DNA of 64,000 nucleotides from Selaginella moellendorffii (taxonomy: Eukaryota > Plantae > Lycopodiophyta). The notes below the pieces were generated by a model. That model searched no databases. It was not told the origin of the DNA and saw nothing but the letters and a program-made list of their open reading frames with translations. Shown here in pieces: positions 61,601 to 64,000 of this stretch (the first letter of the stretch is position 1; each line of letters starts with the position of its first letter). The stretch lies in NCBI RefSeq assembly GCF_000143415.4, contig NW_003314288.1, positions 22,002 to 86,001 on the forward strand, in the 5' to 3' direction. A program made the position numbers and the translations under genes.

Positions 61601-64000
61601 GTGCTTACTCTCGGTGAAGAGTGACAAAAAGACAGGAACGGAAGAAGTACCTTTAGTGATCCAACGAGTGTTGGACCAATTCCAGGATACCATGCCGGAG
61701 GAGCTACCGGCGGGGTTGCCCCCCGCACGACCAATAGAACATAAGATTGAGTTGGTCGAGGGTGCTGAGGCGATGGTTCGTCCCCCCTATCGGTTGAACG
61801 AAAAAGAACTCAAGGAGCTCAAGTGCCAACTAGAGGAGTTGGTGGACAAAGGGTATATCAGGTTGAGCAAGTCGCCGTATGGGGCACCGGTGTTATTTGT
61901 GAAAAAGAAAGATGGATCTATGCACATGTGCATAGATTACCGGTTGCTCAACAAGTATACAAAGAAGAACAAGTACCCTTTGCCCAGGATTGAGGACCTG
62001 TTCGATAGGTTGGGAAAGGCAAAATACTTCTCGAGGATTGACCTAAGGTCAGGATACTACCAAATCAGGGTAGCCGAGGAAGATGTCAAGAAGACAACCT
62101 GTCGAACAAGGTATGGAAGCTTTGAGTTCCTGGTGATGCCCTTTGTGCTGTGCAATGCGCCGGCAACGTTTTCGGCGTTGATGAACCATATTTTTGTACC
62201 CTATCTGGATCACTTCGTAGTCGTCTATATCGACGACATCCTGATCTATAGCGAGACGCTAGAGGAGCATGCCGAACACTTGGCGAAGGTGTTTGAGAAA
62301 CTAAGGGAACACAAACTGTATGCTAAAGAGAGCAAATGTAACTTTGCTCAACAAGAGGTAAAGTTTCTCGGGCATGTGGTGGGCCAGGATGGGCTCAAGG
62401 TGGACCCAGAGAAGGTCCAAGCGATCCAGGAATGGGAGCGACCATCCAATGTACACGAGTTGAGGGCATTCCTGGGGCTATGCAACTGCTATCGAAAGTT
62501 TATCAGACACTATTCGAGAGTAGCCCTGCCCTTAACGGACCAAACAGGAAAAGGGAAGATGGTGTGGACAGCGGAATGCGAGGCGGCATTCGTCCACCTC
62601 AAGGGGAAGTTGAGGAAGGCTCCCGTATTGGCATTACCAGACTTTGGTAAGGACTTTGAGGTAGAAACGGATGCTTCGGACTTTGCGTTGGGCGCAGTTT
62701 TGAAGCAAGACAACCATCCGGTAGCGTTCTTCTCGAAGAAGCTGGACAAGGCTCAACGGAAGTGGCCTGCCCACGAGAAGGAATTGTTTGCGGTGGTCAA
62801 GGCGCTCAAGGAATGGCGACACTACCTTGGGAGACACTTCAAGGTTTACACGGACAATGTGGCAACGAAACACTTCTTGTCACAGCCCGACCTAAGAGGG
62901 AAACAAGGTCGGTGGGCCAATGCCTTGGCTGAGTTTGATTGCGAGATTCTGTACAAGCCTGGGAAGAGCAACATCATGGCGGATGCGCTAAGTCGAAAAG
63001 CGAGCTTGAGGTTGGCAATATCCAGCACAACAGCAACCTTCTGGGACGATGTGCGGACAGCATATGAGAATGATGGTCTAGCACAAGAAGTGTTGCTGAG
63101 GAATCTAGAGGCGCAGGAAGCTCACCAGAGAGGTGAGCTGCCAACGGAAGAGAAAACGGGCTATGTGGAACGCAACGGACTCATCTATTACAAGCAAACG
63201 AGGGTGTATGTTCCAGAAGGGGAACTAAGGAAGGTGGCCTTAGAAGAGTGTCATGACGGACCTCTTGCGGGACACGGCGGAGTGCCCAAGATGATGGGCC
63301 TACTCAAAAGGAAGTACCATTGGCCAGATATGGCTAAGGACGTACAAGACTATGTAAAGACATGTCCAACATGTCAGCAGGTAAAAGCCGTGACTAAGGC
63401 TAACGGGGGCTTGTTGCAAAGCATCCCAATTCCAGATCGCCCGTGGAAATGTCTTACGATGGACTTCATCACGGGACTCCCCCCAAGCGAGGGGTTTGAT
63501 GCGATATTCGTGGTGGTGGACCGATTTTCAAAAATGGCACATTTCATACCCACCACAACGGAGGTGGATGCGGAAGGTGTGGCGAAGCTGTTCTTCGAAC
63601 AAGTGGTTCGAGTGCGGGGAAGACCGGAAGAGATCATCTCAGATCGAGATAAGATCTTCACCAGTAGGTTCTGGAGGACTCTCCTGGAACAGTATCGCAC
63701 CAAGTTGAAATTCAGCACAGCCTATCACCCACAGACAGACGGACAAACGGAAAGGGTGAATAGGCAGCTGGAGGATTATTTGCGATGCTATGTCTCGGGA
63801 GACCAGACCGATTGGGTAAGTCATTTGGGACTTGCGGAAATGTGTTATAACAACTCACCACATTCGAGTATCGGGGTGAGTCCATGGGAAGTCATCAATG
63901 GGCGAGCTATTGAAGGTCCTGTGGAACTCAGCGTGGCCGAGTATCATGGAGAGTTGCCCGCAGTGGAGGCATTCACGGCGGAAAGACTTAGCATTTGGAA
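58654..64000 (+). mobile_element. Near-intact Ty3/Gypsy element (chromovirus-like), continuing past the window end
   Basis: 5' LTR 58654-59805 (TGTAAGG...GCTTACA), PBS TGGTATCGGAGCC from 59809, gag-pol from 59865. Confidence 0.95.
59865..64000 (+). CDS. Gag-pol polyprotein with one in-frame TGA (61317-61319), 3' partial
   Basis: Gag with zinc knuckle [14 protein letters not shown]; protease [16 protein letters not shown] spanning the TGA in the same frame; RT ([15 protein letters not shown]; [10 protein letters not shown]); RNase H ([13 protein letters not shown]); integrase (MDFITGLP; SDRD; [12 protein letters not shown]). No closed ORF is listed downstream, consistent with an open frame to 64000. 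Confidence 0.88.

Overview
Land-plant nuclear DNA. Very short introns (about 50-70 nt), very tight gene packing, PLS-type PPR genes and a fungal-like chromovirus suggest the lycophyte Selaginella (inference). 1-43 kb is a heavily nested retrotransposon field. It holds a 5S-rRNA-carrying Cassandra-type TRIM, a non-coding 7.2-kb LARD-like LTR family that repeatedly inserted into itself, a self-priming Tcn1/Tf1-like chromovirus, a short-LTR Gypsy family and two non-autonomous hAT elements. It also holds PPR pseudogenes and a small secreted Trp/Cys-rich peptide gene. 43.3-56.9 kb is a compact island of seven genes: C2HC-finger protein, LETM1, long coiled-coil protein, frataxin, PP1 inhibitor-2, PIF1 helicase and AXR1/NAE1. 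57-64 kb holds LRR and Copia relics, a second Cassandra and a near-intact Gypsy running off the window end. Main leads: (1) Cassandra LTR ends and PBS closely match those of the near-intact Gypsy, a candidate autonomous helper, whose LTR also shares a ~100-bp G-rich module with the LARD LTRs; (2) a self-priming chromovirus; (3) six short local inversions or inverted insertions in decaying sequence. All alignments were done by eye and reference motifs were recalled from memory.
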